64,000 nucleotides of DNA, taken from the NCBI RefSeq assembly GCF_036321535.1, contig NC_087447.1:34970001-35034000 (forward strand). Reading direction: 5' to 3'. The DNA is from Camelus dromedarius. Its lineage: Eukaryota. Of this stretch, positions 36,753-50,148 are shown in pieces. Each line of letters begins with the position of its first letter. The stretch's first letter is position 1. The notes beneath the pieces are model-generated. The model was not told where the DNA came from and searched no databases. It saw only the letters and a list, made by a program, of their open reading frames with translations. The position numbers and the translations under genes were made by a program.

Positions 36753-38984
36753 TCCCTCAAATGTAGCACCTCCCTCTCCATCCTCCCTGCCAAATGCCCT
36801 TTTGGGGATTGGCTTCCCGTGTTGCACAGTTCCAGGGGTGCCATTTACGTGGACTGCGTTGCCATGATGCCCCCTGGAGTTGTGCAGGGCAGGGCGGCCC
36901 TCTGACCCCTGATACTTCTTCCTTGGATCATTGCAGTAATCTCCTAACTGGCTTCCTGACTCCCACATTCTCTCCTCTTGTCCATCTTCTACCATTGTCA
37001 CCAAAATGAAGCACCACAGAAAAGTAACTGAGTCATTCTCCTCTTTAAAAACTGTCACTGTTACCTTGCAGTCCTCAGGTTGATGTCCAGTCTTATAAGC
37101 ATGGTTTACAAGACCCTTTGTCAGCTGGTTCCTCTCCAGCCTCATCTCTCCCCAACCCCCACCTTGCCCTGTACACTTGAGTCAGACAGAGCCATGCTTT
37201 CTACTCCTCCTCCTACTGGTCCTTCAGACCCAGACCAGGTGCCCCCTTCTTCCATCCAAGCCAAGTCCCGTCTGTTCCCTCTGCCCTAGTGCTCACAGGC
37301 CACCCACTGCTTGACCTGGGGACAGGACCAGGCCTTGCTGATCTGGGATCCCCTCTGTCAGGCACAGTGTTCAGCTCAGAGTCTGTGCTCAGTAGGGTCA
37401 ATAGAACCATCGCCATCAAAGGCCCTGGCACCTGGCCAGGGGGGATGGTGCCTACCTCTGGCTCCTCATCTGGGCAGGCAGCACAAGAGAGGAGGTGGTC
37501 CCTGCAGCTTCTCTCTCCCGCTGGTCACACAGAGCCCCCCTCCTGTTTACCCTCGCTCTTCCTTACTCCTGACACTCCTCCACACCCCTCTCCACAAAGC
37601 TGCCCACCCCCTCCACCCCCATCCCCAGATCACCTGCCAAAACCTCGGGCACTGGGGCTGGGGCGTGAAAGGGCTGGAGAGGGGAGGCTTGTGCCTGTCG
37701 CCTCCCATTTCACCTGCCAGGTCTGGGATCCTTCTTTTGACCTGTTGACTTGGAGTAAGACTTGCAACGATGGCGATAATAACAGCAGTGACGGGCTGTG
37801 TAGCGTTCACTGTGGGTTGGACTGCGCTGCTGGTCCAAGGACTCACTGACATTCACTCTTGCACATTTTCAAGATGAGTGAGTTTGTGATGGGAGGAGTG
37901 CTCCCAGTTGACCTAGAAGGCACAGGGGGACTAGTAAATGGCTGCACTGACACTGCCAGGACTTGAACCCAGCCTTGCTGGTCGATGGTGGAGGCTCCTG
38001 ACCGCTCCCTCACACTGCCTTTGAGAGCCCCATATGGGGCACGCTGGGAGTACCTTTCGTCCAGCCCTCCCTACACAGGAGAGAACCCGAGGTCTAGAGA
38101 AGGCAGAGGACAGCGAGTGGGAGACAAAGCTAGAGCAGAGCCCTGGGCCCCAGCATCCGGCCCAGCCCAGCCTCCCGTCTCAGTCCCAGCCTCTGCAGGC
38201 TGACAGAGGACTCAGTCCCCGGAGGCTCTGGCTGGAACAAGACAGATCCTACTCCAGAGGGAAGAGCAGGACGTTAGGGGTCTCTGCTTCTTTGGGATTC
38301 GACATGTTAATAGACTGGGGACGGGGGAACCCTTTGTGCACCTGTCGGTCTGCTCTGATACCCTACAGTCTCATCTCCGATGTGGAAGCCTTTCTTTATT
38401 CTTTCATTGTAATGTGTTCTCTCAGCTTCCTGCCCAAATCTTAGTTATAAAGTGCTTCCTAGTTTACATAGCACTTCCACGTCTGTTTCCTCACTTATCT
38501 TCCCAATAGTTCTAGGAAGTAGGCATCTTTACCCCCATATTACAGATAGGAAAACTGAGGCTTAGAAAGGCCATGTGCTGTACGAGCTTACACATCACAT
38601 TGAGGACAGTGTATTCTCAAATGCTTGCTGACCCTGCCGTCCAGGATGTATACGCTAGGGAACCTCTTATTGACTTAGCTTTCTCCTCTCTCGAACATGA
38701 GGCACAGCGAGGACAGGGCAACTTAAGGGCACAGGCAAGGGAAGGCATTGATGCTACAGAGGTAGAGACTCAGGGCCCCTCTCTGTACCCTCCTCTTCAT
38801 CCTGGGCCCTCATCTGCTTGAGTGGGCCACGGAGATGGGTCAGTGGTTTGCTCCTGGGTGAAGGAAGAAGGAATCTGAAGAGTCCCAGAAGAAATGTGGG
38901 TAGCCTGAAATGGGCCAAAGTGGGCCCTGCATCCGAGGAACTGCACATGTCAACTCCCAGCCTCGCCTGTCTCCCCCGCCCCAG

Positions 38985-39064
38985 ACCCTCACAGCAGAGT
39001 GTGTCTGACCTCACCGGGCCCCGACGACCCTCTGAGTGCCTACATCAACGCTAACTACATCCGG
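38985..39064 (+). CDS. PTPN5: PTPN5 exon: PTP domain (NPHSRVCLTSPGPDDPLSAYINANYIR)
   Basis: YINAN motif; CCCCAG| acceptor and CGG|GTATGT donor; 80 nt. Confidence 0.97.
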
Positions 39065-39246
39065 GTATGTAGCCCCATCCTGGTGGCCTCTTCCTGAAAG
39101 GGAGGCCCCAGCCAACGGGATCCAGCCTCTAGACTGGTCCCTGAGCCGGTGCGGCTCCTGGCAGCCCCTGGGAAGAGTCTGAGTGTGGGGACTGGGCCCG
39201 GGGACACAGCATGTGACCCTCACGGCCTGGACTTGGCTGGCCACAG

Positions 39247-39384
39247 GGCTATGGTGGGGAAGAGAAGGCGTACATCGCCACTCAGGGACCCATCGTCAGC
39301 ACGGTCGGCGACTTCTGGCGCATGGTGTGGCAGGAACACACGCCTATCATTGTCATGATCACCAACATCGAAGAGATGAACGAG
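39247..39384 (+). CDS. PTPN5: PTPN5 exon: PTP domain ([46 protein letters not shown])
   Basis: IATQGP and DFWRMVW motifs; AG/GT boundaries; 138 nt. Confidence 0.97.
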
Positions 39385-39920
39385 GTAGGCGCCCCTATGT
39401 CCTACCAAGTGTTTGCTGCTTTGTGCCCAACGCTAAGCGTCTTGTTTCCATGTTAATCCTTACAGCAGTCTTGTGAGGTTGGTATGTTCACCTCACTGCC
39501 TGCCAAGGTGAAGAAATGTGAGTCTCAGTGAGGTTAAGTCAGCTGCTCAGGGCTACACAGATAGTCAGAGGCAGAGCCTGGCACTGGCTTCTCCACCTCC
39601 AGGGCCCATGATCTTAAACAAAATGTTCTGCTGCCACCCAGCCTGCCAGGCTGATGCTGGCTACTTCTGTACCCATCATGGCCCATTTAGTTGAACCCCC
39701 ATAAAAGACCTTCAAAATGGGTATTACTTCCATTTTCCAGGTGGGGAAACTGAGACTCAAAAAAGAGAAGTAATGTACAGGTTATGAAGCTGAGATTTGA
39801 ACAATCTAACTGCAAACCTACTGCCCCTTTATCTCTCTCCCCCCTGGCCCGGGAGGGGCATTGGGGAGAGTATGGTTGGGGCACTGGGTGTGTATCGCAG
39901 CCTGATCTGGGCCCCTGCAG

Positions 39921-40031
39921 AAGTGCACCGAGTATTGGCCAGAGGAACGGGTGGTGTATGACGGCGTCGAGATCACTGTGCGGAAAGTTATCCACACTGA
40001 GGATTACCGGCTCCGACTCATCGCCCTCAGG
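39921..40031 (+). CDS. PTPN5: PTPN5 exon: PTP domain (KCTEYWPEERVVYDGVEITVRKVIHTEDYRLRLIALR)
   Basis: KCxxYWP motif; AG/GT boundaries; 111 nt. Confidence 0.97.
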
Positions 40032-42173
40032 GTGAGGCCTGGGGCTGGGCTGGGCTGGGCTGGGAAGAAGGGGGACTCCACAGCTTAAAGGGTCCAATAG
40101 CTGAAATCAAGGCATGGGTAACTCCCAGGATTTGCTGATAAGCGGGGATGCGGGAGGGAGGGGTGAATGGACTTGGGGACCAGAGGCGGAACCAAACCCT
40201 CTGTTGCATTTCATGTTGTTGGGGGCTCTCTCTGTCTACACTGCCATTCATAATACCTCCCAGCTCTGCTTCAAATGCACCCAAGTCCAGGACTGTCTAG
40301 ATTAGGGGGCTTCAGCAGCCTCCTGAACTGTCTGTATAACGGAGCTTTGAGATCCTGCCTAGAAACATCCCTTCACCTGGGATGCTGGGCTTTGTCCTGT
40401 AGTACCGAATCTTTCCACCAGAGGGCAGGCACTCCCTGCTGCATTTGGGTTGCACAGGGAGGGAGATAGTGGTTACAGAAAAAGAAAAAAAAAAGAAAGA
40501 AAAAGAAGGCATACAAAATATGAGCAATATAAAACAGCCCAGAAGAGTAGGGGGAGGTATCCTCCCACCCTGAAGATTTTTCTCCCAGGCTTAGAATAAA
40601 GGAGATTGTTCCTTTGGAGTCAGGAGAATTAGTAGGTTCTGTTTTTGAGAAATGTGATGACCCATGTTTGAGGAAAGTGGAGCCACTATAGTAACTCCAA
40701 AGGCTGGAAGAGGTGAGCTGGGCACCAGGAAGCTGACATCCTATCCAGAAACAGCCTAGGAGGTCCACTGTTGCTGGCAGCCACAGGGTCTGGATAGGAT
40801 ATCAAGGGCCCGAGACTTGTTCCTCTGAACCGCCCTCTCCCACTGCAAAAGGTGCCGGATGGGGTGTCAGGGAGAACTCAGCCCCTGCAGGGCAGTGTCC
40901 ACCTAAGTAGCTCCAAGATACAGGCTTGCTGGAGGGCAGAAAGGGTGAGGAGGTGCCGGGCAGAGTCATGGTAGCTGTCACGGCCAGGTAACCCAGGGGC
41001 CCAAGGAACCAGCTTCCTATTTCCCCCAAAAGAGAAGCTGGGGTGAGGTGGGGGCTGCCTCATCTTCTCAATGCAGTGGGACTGGTTAGGGAAGAACCGG
41101 GACAGCTTAGGGTTTGGGGGTATTTACTTCTGTCCATAAACCTTTACAAGTAGCCTGTCCTGAGCCTGGTTCTGAGTTGGGTACTGGGAACACAGAGCTG
41201 TCGAAAGCCTGGACTCTCTCCTCAAGGAGGACCTATAAAAATGATAAGTACTGAGCTAGAAGTAGGTAAGAACACAGAAGAAGGATACTCTGCCAAATAG
41301 GGTGCTCAGGGAGGGCTTCCTGGAAGGAATAGTACTGAATGGGGTTCTGAAGGATGAGTAAGAGTTCACCAGGGGGCAAACAAGTCGGGGAAGCATTCCA
41401 GGCAGAGAGAAAGTAAAAGTAAGGGCATGAAAGATAGACTAGCTCTGTGCGTGTGTATGTGGAAGGGGCGGGGGAAGCAGAAGTTTGGAGTGCGGGAACA
41501 TCCAGTACAAGTTCGCAGGAGGTGGGCCTGGAGGGGTACACCCTGTACTGTGTGTCTTATTTGCCAGGGTGAAGACTAGGGAGGGTAGGGTTTTTTCTGA
41601 GAGCAATGAGAGCCGTCAAAGTATTCTGCGCAGGAGAGCAGCATGTGCTGTAGACAGACCGTTTTGACCCGTGTGGAGATGGGGCAGTCAGGGAGGAGGA
41701 AGGAGGGTCTCACACAGTCCAGAGGTGATAAAGGCCAAAGTGGAGGTGGTGGTGGTGGAGAAGGGATCATGGAGGGGGTGAGGGTGGGTAGGAAAGTGTA
41801 CTGAGATGAGAGGAAGTCCCAGGGCTCTGGGCTATGTGACCGGGGGTGACTGGGCTGTTTGTTAAGGGGTCACCAAGAGATAGCAGTGAATTGGAGAAGG
41901 GACTTCTCACCTCTCTTGGATGGTCCTGGAGTTGCTGGGACAGAACTGGTGTGAAGACCAGTGCTGATGCTGCTGACCAGCCCCCACTGCCAAACTGGCT
42001 CTGGGCCTCTGTCTGGTGCTGCTGGGCGACATGGTGTAGGTGGCAGAGGCCTGGGGTCCAACTCCCTGTGTCCTCCCTCCTGTGTGGTTCCTCCTCCCAC
42101 CTCCATCTCTGGGCTGGTTTGTGGGCTCCAAGCGTTCACATGTATCTGGGTTGGGCCTCTGTCTCCTGGACAG

Positions 42174-42334
42174 AGTGGGACGGAAGAGCGAGGCCTGAAG
42201 CATTACTGGTTCACGTCCTGGCCTGACCAGAAGACCCCAGACAGGGCCCCCCCACTCCTGCACCTGGTGCGGGAGGTGGAGGAGGCAGCCCAGCAGGAGG
42301 GGCCCCGCTGCGCCCCCATCGTTGTGCACTGCAG
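42174..42334 (+). CDS. PTPN5: PTPN5 exon: WPD loop up to the catalytic VHC
   Basis: Reads SGTEERGLKHYWFTSWPDQKTPDRAPPLL...PIVVHC; 161 nt; AG/GT boundaries. Confidence 0.97.
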
Positions 42335-42426
42335 GTGGGTCCTCCCAGACACCCACTAGGGCCGGGCAGCCTCCCCCCGCTCCTGGGCTGTCCTGCCCTT
42401 CACCCACCCGTGCCCTCGGCCCTCAG

Positions 42427-42540
42427 TGCAGGGATTGGGAGGACTGGCTGCTTCATTGCCACCAGCATCTGCTGCCAGCAGCTGCGGCACGAGGGCGTGG
42501 TGGACATCCTGAAGACCACGTGCCAGCTCCGTCAGGACAG
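42427..42540 (+). CDS. PTPN5: PTPN5 exon: P-loop (S)AGIGRTG...LRQD
   Basis: Completes HCSAGIGRTG across a 92-nt intron; 114 nt. Confidence 0.97.
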
Positions 42541-42961
42541 GTCAGCCAGTGGGCAGGGGTGGGGCACGTGGGGCAGCAGAGAGAGACGCTGTGTGCGTGG
42601 GGTGAGGGGCAGGACACACCGCGTGGGCCTGACTGGCGGACGGGAAGTAGGGAGGACAGATGGGTAGAGGAGCTCCATCCAGTTGGTGGCTGGATGAAGA
42701 GGGGAGAGAAACAGCTGATGGATGATGAAAGAGCAGGGGCTGAGACTTGTGGGATATGTCACCTGTGTCCCCGCTGTCTATGCCAGAGCTGGGAGGGACA
42801 GGAAGGGGCAGAGGGGCGTGGCTGGCCAGGCTTGGTCTCTAAGCTGCACAAAGGCTCCGCCCCCGGTGTGCCTCACAGATGACTGGCACTCTGTGGGTTT
42901 GGGGCGCCTCCGCAGCCATCCGCCTACGACCCTATCTCCACTGTGCGTCTCTGCCGCGCAG

Positions 42962-43055
42962 GGGCGGCATGATCCAGACGTGTGAGCAGTACCAGTTTGT
43001 GCACCACGTCATGAGCCTCTACGAGAAGCAGCTGTCCTGCCAGTCCCCAGAGTGA
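42962..43055 (+). CDS. PTPN5: PTPN5 last coding exon: Q-loop, (R)GGMIQTCEQYQFVHHVMSLYEKQLSCQSPE*
   Basis: GCGCAG| acceptor, stop TGA 43053-43055. The 13 coding segments sum to 1620 nt (539 aa plus stop). Confidence 0.97.
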
Positions 43056-44125
43056 CCAAACCCTCCTCCCCTGAGGTCCTCTGGGTACCACCCAGCCTGA
43101 GTCTGGGCCCTTATCCCGGCCACACCCACGGCCCCGCCTCGGCCCGGCCTGCTCCCTGTCCCTGCCTCTCCTGCTTCCTTCTCTTCAGTCTGCTCCCCCT
43201 CCTCCCCCTCCTCAGCCTTGGCCTGGCCCCTGCCCCCCAACATAGCTCTTCCTACTGTACATATTGGGGAGTGGGGCAGGATGGGGGAGGGATGTGCCAG
43301 GCCAGGCCTGGGGCCCCAGGGCCTGACCCACACTCTGCAACCTGGGGCCTCAGTTTTTAACAACGGTTCCATTGCTACTTGATCCACAACGTTTCTGTGC
43401 CGCACTCCATGTGTCCTGCTGCAGCGTGTTCCGTCTGTCCATCCATCTCTGCTATCTGTACCGGACACTGTGTCTCCTCGGCCCAGGAGAGGGGTAATGA
43501 GCTCTACCCCCTAAGTAGCCCAGGCAGAGGTGCCTGCCTTGGGCCCCCACCCTCACTCCTCCCAACAGGCAGATTGCACTTTGCCCCTAGTTATTGGGAC
43601 CAGGATGGGCAGGGACCCCTGAGGAGCTGGAGGTCAGGCGTAGGGGGTTCCTGAGGGGTTTGCAAAGAGATCTCACTGGGGAGAGGTCTGTGGGTCGGGG
43701 TGGAGGGGAGGAGGACCACGGCCAAGGTAGCCTTTGAGTATCAGATGCCCTCAGGAGGCAGTGACCAGCCTGTGAGGCAGCCAGGAAGGAAGGGGATGGA
43801 TGGGGGCAGTGAACCCAGAGGACCTGGAGCCTGGTGGGAGAGAGGGAGCTCCGAGGGTAGAGTGGGGACTCGGCCCCAGGTCTGTGTGAAACATTTTCCT
43901 GTGTCGCCATGGGAAATCCCTCCCAGAAGTCACCCCGTGTAGCTCTGTGTGTGTTCCGGGTCCATGCGTGTACTGAGAGCCCGTCAGCAGGGCGTGCATG
44001 ACTCTTTGGCAACATGTGTTATCTTGGAGCCACGTGTTTTTATTGCTGACTTTAAATATTTATTCCACGGCAGACAGAGACATTTGGTGTCTTTTTATAA
44101 TTTGCTCGTGGTCATTGAATAGAGC

Positions 44126-44131
44126 AATAAA
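44126..44131 (+). terminator. PTPN5: PTPN5 polyadenylation signal AATAAA (3' UTR about 43056-44150)
   Basis: AATAAA ~1.07 kb after the stop, preceded by U-rich elements. Confidence 0.8.
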
Positions 44132-45914
44132 TGGAGCATTTTGAGCAAAACTAGCCTCCTGGGTCCATGTGATTGCCTCCCCCTCCACTCCTTTCCTCAC
44201 TGTACCCTCCTCCTGGTGCCCCTCCTCCTAGAACAGGTTCACACATGAGTGCCGCACCCCCCACCCCAGATCCCTGGCGCCCCCTTGTGGAGATTAGGAG
44301 TATGAAGTGAATCCAGATTTTGAACAGCCAAAGTCCATTGGATGGGATTCTCACACACTCTCACCCTCCCACCCAGCCAGGAGTCAGGGGCCATGGGAAG
44401 CTTCAAGGACAGGTGTTGGTGGCTTCTAGAGAAGGAAAAGTGACTGGCAGGCCACCTCTCTGACAAATGGGCCAAAGAGGCCAAGGCTGGGGCAAGGAGA
44501 CATTCAGATCACACCCAGGCCCCTCCCTGTTGGCCAGCGCAGTTATCCTCTGTTAGCCTTGTGGGTCCCAACAGCTGCTGCAGCCCAGCAATTTCCCTTG
44601 TTAAGTCCTGGGCTGAAAGTAGCCCCACCCAAGGAGCCCGGGAATCTGCCCCTAGGCAAAGATCCTGAGCCTCCCAGACACTCCTGCTCTATTCTTACCC
44701 CAGCCCCCAGGGATGCAGCAAAAGTAGCTCTCCTGCCTTTGCTGACAGGTGTGGGTCACTCCTGGGCAGGGATGCTCACCAACCAGCAAGTCCTTACAAG
44801 GTAGCAGATCCTTGAGTGGGCTGTTCGAGGGTCTGGGCATGAAGATATACTACAGACAATGAGGAAAGAATAGGGAGTGGCTTGGGTAGCTGGGATAGAG
44901 GTCCAGAGAAGGGGTCCTGCTCTCCACCCACCCTCCAACAGGAGGATGGGCCCTTCTACCCTTCTGCCCACATTAGGGTGTTGGGCTGTAGGAGGGGGAG
45001 GAGAGCTAACATGTCCCTGTCCTCTCCCAGGGTGGCCCATGAGGCCACTTAGGCTGTGCAGGTACCACATGTAGAGCATGACATGAATGGTGCCCCCTGG
45101 ATTTGTGCAAAATGACAGACCCACCAGACTCTTCCCGGCTCACCTGCTCCCAGTCCTTGGAAAACACAGATCCGTTGCTTTGCTCCCCAAGTCCTGTTGG
45201 ACAGACACACGCACACTCTACCCTGAGCCCTTCAGCTCAGAGAGCTCCCACCTGGCAGCACAAAGAGCCAAAACCTCTGCACAACAGAACAGGAAAAATA
45301 CCCCAGGACCACCACCCTCAGCCTCCCACCTGCCCGGTCCACCCTGTTTCTTCCAGCCCCTGCCCCAGCCTCAGCCCCCCATCCCTCAAAGCCGTGTGCT
45401 GACCAGCCAGGGCAGCTGCAGACCCTGAGTAAGGGATCGCCCCCAGGAACCATTTAAGGAGCCAGTGACTCTTGGTGGCTCCACTGCTGGGGCAAAGGAG
45501 GAAGGAGACTGGCCAGTCTACAGCCCAGGCACCAGCTACACCTCCAGAGTGGTGGACACAGCGTTCGGGGGTTAAGAGAGACTGGTCATGCAGAGGTAAG
45601 GCTTCTCTCTTCCCTCAAGAAAGGGGCATAGCCTGCTACCTTCTGAGCCCAGAGAGGGACAGCAGGAGCTGGGACAGGGGACTGGTCTCAGAACTCAAGA
45701 GGGAAAAGTAGACCAGGCAGACGTATATTGTAGAGGAGGGAGTAAAGCTTAGCCCCAACTTCCTGGCTGGGAAGAAGGCTTTGAGGTACCCTGGAAGGTA
45801 GTGAACTTGGAGTCAAGAAGTTAGAACTCTAGTCTGAGTGACCTTGGACAGGTTATTTCTCTCAGTCATCACTTTCTCTTAAAATAGAGGTTTAAAAACT
45901 TGCCACTTTGGTTA

Positions 45915-46255
45915 AATAAAAGGTGGCATGTACATCCATGCATCAGAATACTGTGGAGCTGTTAACAAGAATGAGAAAATTTTATGAACTGAGACAGAAA
46001 GATCTCCAAGATGTGTCAAGTGAAAGGGGGGTGCCTTCTGTGTAAACAAGGGGAAAAAGACAAAAACATACTCATATTTGCATGAAGGAGCTCTAGAAGG
46101 AGCCTAAAGACCACAAATGGTTACCTGCTGGGGAGGGTTGGGTGATGGAGGGGCCTAGGAGTGGGAGGGAGCCTCTTCACAGAGATGTTAATTACTGTTT
46201 TTTTTTTTAATTTTGTGATTGAATTACTGATTCAAAAAAAAAAGTATAAGAAATC
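45915..46255 (+). mobile_element. Ancient L1 3' end (L1ME-like)
   Basis: GAATACTGTGGAGCTGTTAACAAGAATGAG...GAAAGATCTCCAAGAT...AAGTGAAA pattern and an A-rich end. Confidence 0.55.
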
Positions 46256-46873
46256 AAAACTGAGCCTGTCTTTACCATGTCACAAACAAAAGCAGAGCTG
46301 TAGAAATGTGCTGTCATATATCTTAGCATTCCCCCGATGCCAGGGGTCCCTAGGGCCCTGCAAGAAGATCTGGAGTTTCCTTTCAAGGCTCGCTCCAGTT
46401 TGACTTAGTCAGGAAGTTCCTTTTCAGGTTTGACTTCATTCCCTCCTGATGGAACATCCAGCACCACCCTACTAATTCCATGTAGCTATCAATAGGGATC
46501 CTCAGTTCCCTCTGGGCCTTCCTGGGTTCAGGGGTAAGTCTAAACCCTACTCCTCCCCCTCCAAGGACTTGGAATGGTTTGGGGTTAATAAGTGGGGGAC
46601 AGGCCCATTGGGCTTCTAGCCAACCAAGAAAAGGGAGGCACCAAGGGAAGAGAAGAGAGGCCGGAGAGAATAGGCTTGCTGCCCGACCTCTCTTCACCTC
46701 TCCTGTGCACAGCCATCTTCACTTGTGTCCACCTGTCCTGTCCCTCCTCCACCCCAACACACACACACACATGTAAGAGCATTTCTGAGTCTCCCCCCTG
46801 CTCCCTTCCTTGTTCTTCATGGACTCATCCTCTCCCTGGTCCTCCCAGGTGAGTGCCCATGCCTGCTGTCACC

Positions 46874-46981
46874 ATGACGACCATTCACCACAAGCAGATG
46901 CTGCGGAACACATGTCCATGGAGTTCTCCAGCTCCACCACCCAAGTGCAGACCTTCTCCCAGACAATCAAGATCATGAGAG
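46874..46981 (+). pseudogene. IGSF22: IGSF22 first coding exon relic (MTTIHHKQMLR/frameshift/HMSMEFSSSTTQVQTFSQTIKIMR)
   Basis: ATG in a GTCACCATGA context. A 1-nt deletion near 46906 gives TGA at 46976-46978. The donor reads GCAAGT. Confidence 0.85.
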
Positions 46982-48510
46982 GCAAGTAGAGTGGAGGAGG
47001 GGTCAGGAATCAGGTAAAGGCAGCCTGTCTTCCTCCACTCTTTATACCTATTGAGCCCCTCAGGAGCCCAGGATACCACCAGCAACCCTTCCCAACCTGT
47101 GCTTCTAATCTGTGCTTCAGTAAAGCTTAGCCAGCTGGATGCTCATTCACTGATCTGATCTCCAGGGAAACAGCTTAGGAAAAATCGATTGCATGGTGTG
47201 TGTGAGTGATTAATGACCTCTTAATTGCTTGGGGAGATCAGAGCCATAGGCAAATGCCCAAATCTCCAATGGTAGAATTTCAGGCATGGAGGAAGTTGGG
47301 AGATAGCAACCTTATCTACTTCTGTATCTACCTCTGAGTAATAATGCTGGCCCTGCTCCACTTAAGAAAAAGGAGACTTGGAGCTGCCAGTGGAGAGAAG
47401 ATGAACACATGAACAAGTGACTTGAGCCTCCAGGCTCTCAGCCTTTGGGGACCAGACTTAGGGGAGGGCAGATCCAAGGGAAAGCTGAGAAATGGTCTCA
47501 GAACAGAACAGATTGTTTTGATCATGTCTCTAGAGGAAAGAGATTAAAAGATGGCCAGGGACCAGGACATTGAATACCCATCCTCCTGGTCATTGCCCTT
47601 CGTTCAGAATCCTCTGTGACAGAGGTCAAGGCCAGATAAACACTCTATGCCAATTCCTCCTGGTCAGTGAGGCAGAGGAAGTGGAACACTTGGGACTTAA
47701 GACCAGAAGTTGCAAACTCAAGTGATTATAGCAATAATTCGCAGCCCTGACTGTGGCCCAGAGACATCTTAGTGTAGGGATCGGGGGAGAGAGGAGTGAA
47801 AAAAAAAGTGGTACAGGAGTCTCACCTCAGACGGTTAAATCAGGTGGGTGTGTTTTTAAAAAGCTCTCCAGGGATCCTAATGTCTAGCTGGATTTGAAAA
47901 TCACTGGCCAACAGTGCCCAAGCAGGGAACATAAATGCAGGAAAAAGGCTAAGGTGCACTGGAGAGGATATAGCCCATTTAAAGGGGCAGCTACTATTCA
48001 CCTCCCACTGATTGTTGCCATGTGGGAGTAGGAGTCCAGTGTTAAGAATCCCAAAGTCTGAATTTTTATGTGAAATCTCTCGATTTTTAGATGTCAGGCT
48101 ACATTTTGTTTAAACATTGTAAAGGTCAGATGAAAAATCATCTGGAAATCGGCTGCAGTCTGCACACTGCATATTTGAAACTTATGATCTCTATTTAATG
48201 CTACCTGGGGCTAGATCTTCTAGGAAAGACACCCAAGAAACCAATAAAAATCCCAGAAAAGTTTCCTTCTGAAAAAAGAGAAAAGTAGAACTCAAGGCCT
48301 GGACCCAATAAAGGTGATTGGCCATTGAGGGGTGGTGGGAAGTTGGCTCCCCTAGTGATTGAAGCTTGCCATAACACACTGACCCACCGACTCTAATGTC
48401 CCTTCTTGGCCGAAGCCGGTCCTGCCCGGGCTGACTTAAATGCTCCACCATCCCCTCAAGAAAAGGTCAGCCCACCAATCCTGGGTTAAGCTCCGCCTGG
48501 CCCATTCTGA

Positions 48511-48998
<488 letters not shown>

Positions 48999-50148
48999 TG
49001 AGATCCAGTGACGGATAAGGCCGGACACCAGGACCCCTGGGATGGGCCGCCGGTCCTCCCACAGATCAGAGAGCCACAACGGAGACTCAAGAACTGGGAG
49101 ATGGGTAAAGGGTCTATCGTAACCCTAGAGAAGGGGCAGGAAAGAGGCTGTCAGGAGCCAGGGCGTTGCCAGATTGAGCAGCGGACCAAAGTTAGGGGCG
49201 GGGCAAGGCGGAGCTAGGGCAGGGCTAGAACAAGGAGGCAGGGCCAAATGGAAGGGAAAGAAGTTCCAGAAGGTGAATGAGCCCAAAAGGAACTCGAGAC
49301 TAAAGATACGGGCGTGGCTGGAAGGGGGTGAGACCAAGGTGGGAGGGGCCAGGCTAAATGGAGGCGGGACCCGGACGGAGGAAGGGGCTAGTTAGAGTAG
49401 GGGTGAGGGGAAGGGTTCCTGGACTCTTCAGGGAAGTCTTCCAGAAGAGCAACGCCAAGGACCAATCATCCTAAGGTCTGACCATCTTCTGCAGCCTCTG
49501 GCTCCAAACCCTTTGAGGAAAGGGAAGGATGGGTCACTGGGAGACCTAGGCCCATAATTACTCCTGTTCCAATTGGTCCTGCCCCAACTTTGCGTTATGA
49601 AAGACAAGGAGCCTCCTCTCTCCCCCACAGATGGAAGTTACTTCCTTCTTCTCCCAAAGACCCATTGTTAGACCCTCAGCACCACCACCACCACCCGCCC
49701 CGGTCACCTCCTTCCCCAGCATACACGGCTGCCCCAGAGTCCCCCTACTGGGGTCACCCCTTATACAAGCTCATTCATTCAGTGAGCACTTTCAGAGAGT
49801 CCACTGGTAAGGAAGTGCCCTTCTACAGGCACCAAGACAGCCTTCTTCATCACCGTTTCCTCAGGGGCTCAGCCCAATGCCTGGTACAGAGGAGTAAATA
49901 GTGTTAAATAAAGGAGTACTCAGCCCAGTGCCAGAAACTGCAGATAGAGTTACAACTGAGAGGAAGTCCCTGTCTTCCAGGACCTCACAGCCAATGGGGA
50001 GAATGCAATGCAGAACCAGCCTTCAGACATACACTCACTGCTACCTGGCACACATACACATCCAACACTCACTCCTCTCCCATCTCACAGAGAGTCTCCC
50101 TGTGGTTCCCTCCCCACCTCCCCTACTAATGGCCTGACTCTGATCCAG

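Noticed and set aside
45450..45600. Possible IGSF22 non-coding first exon (TATA-like CATTTAAGG at 45451, donor GAG|GTAAGG at 45595)
   Set aside because: The position is plausible, but I cannot verify homology without an alignment, so it was not listed as a feature.
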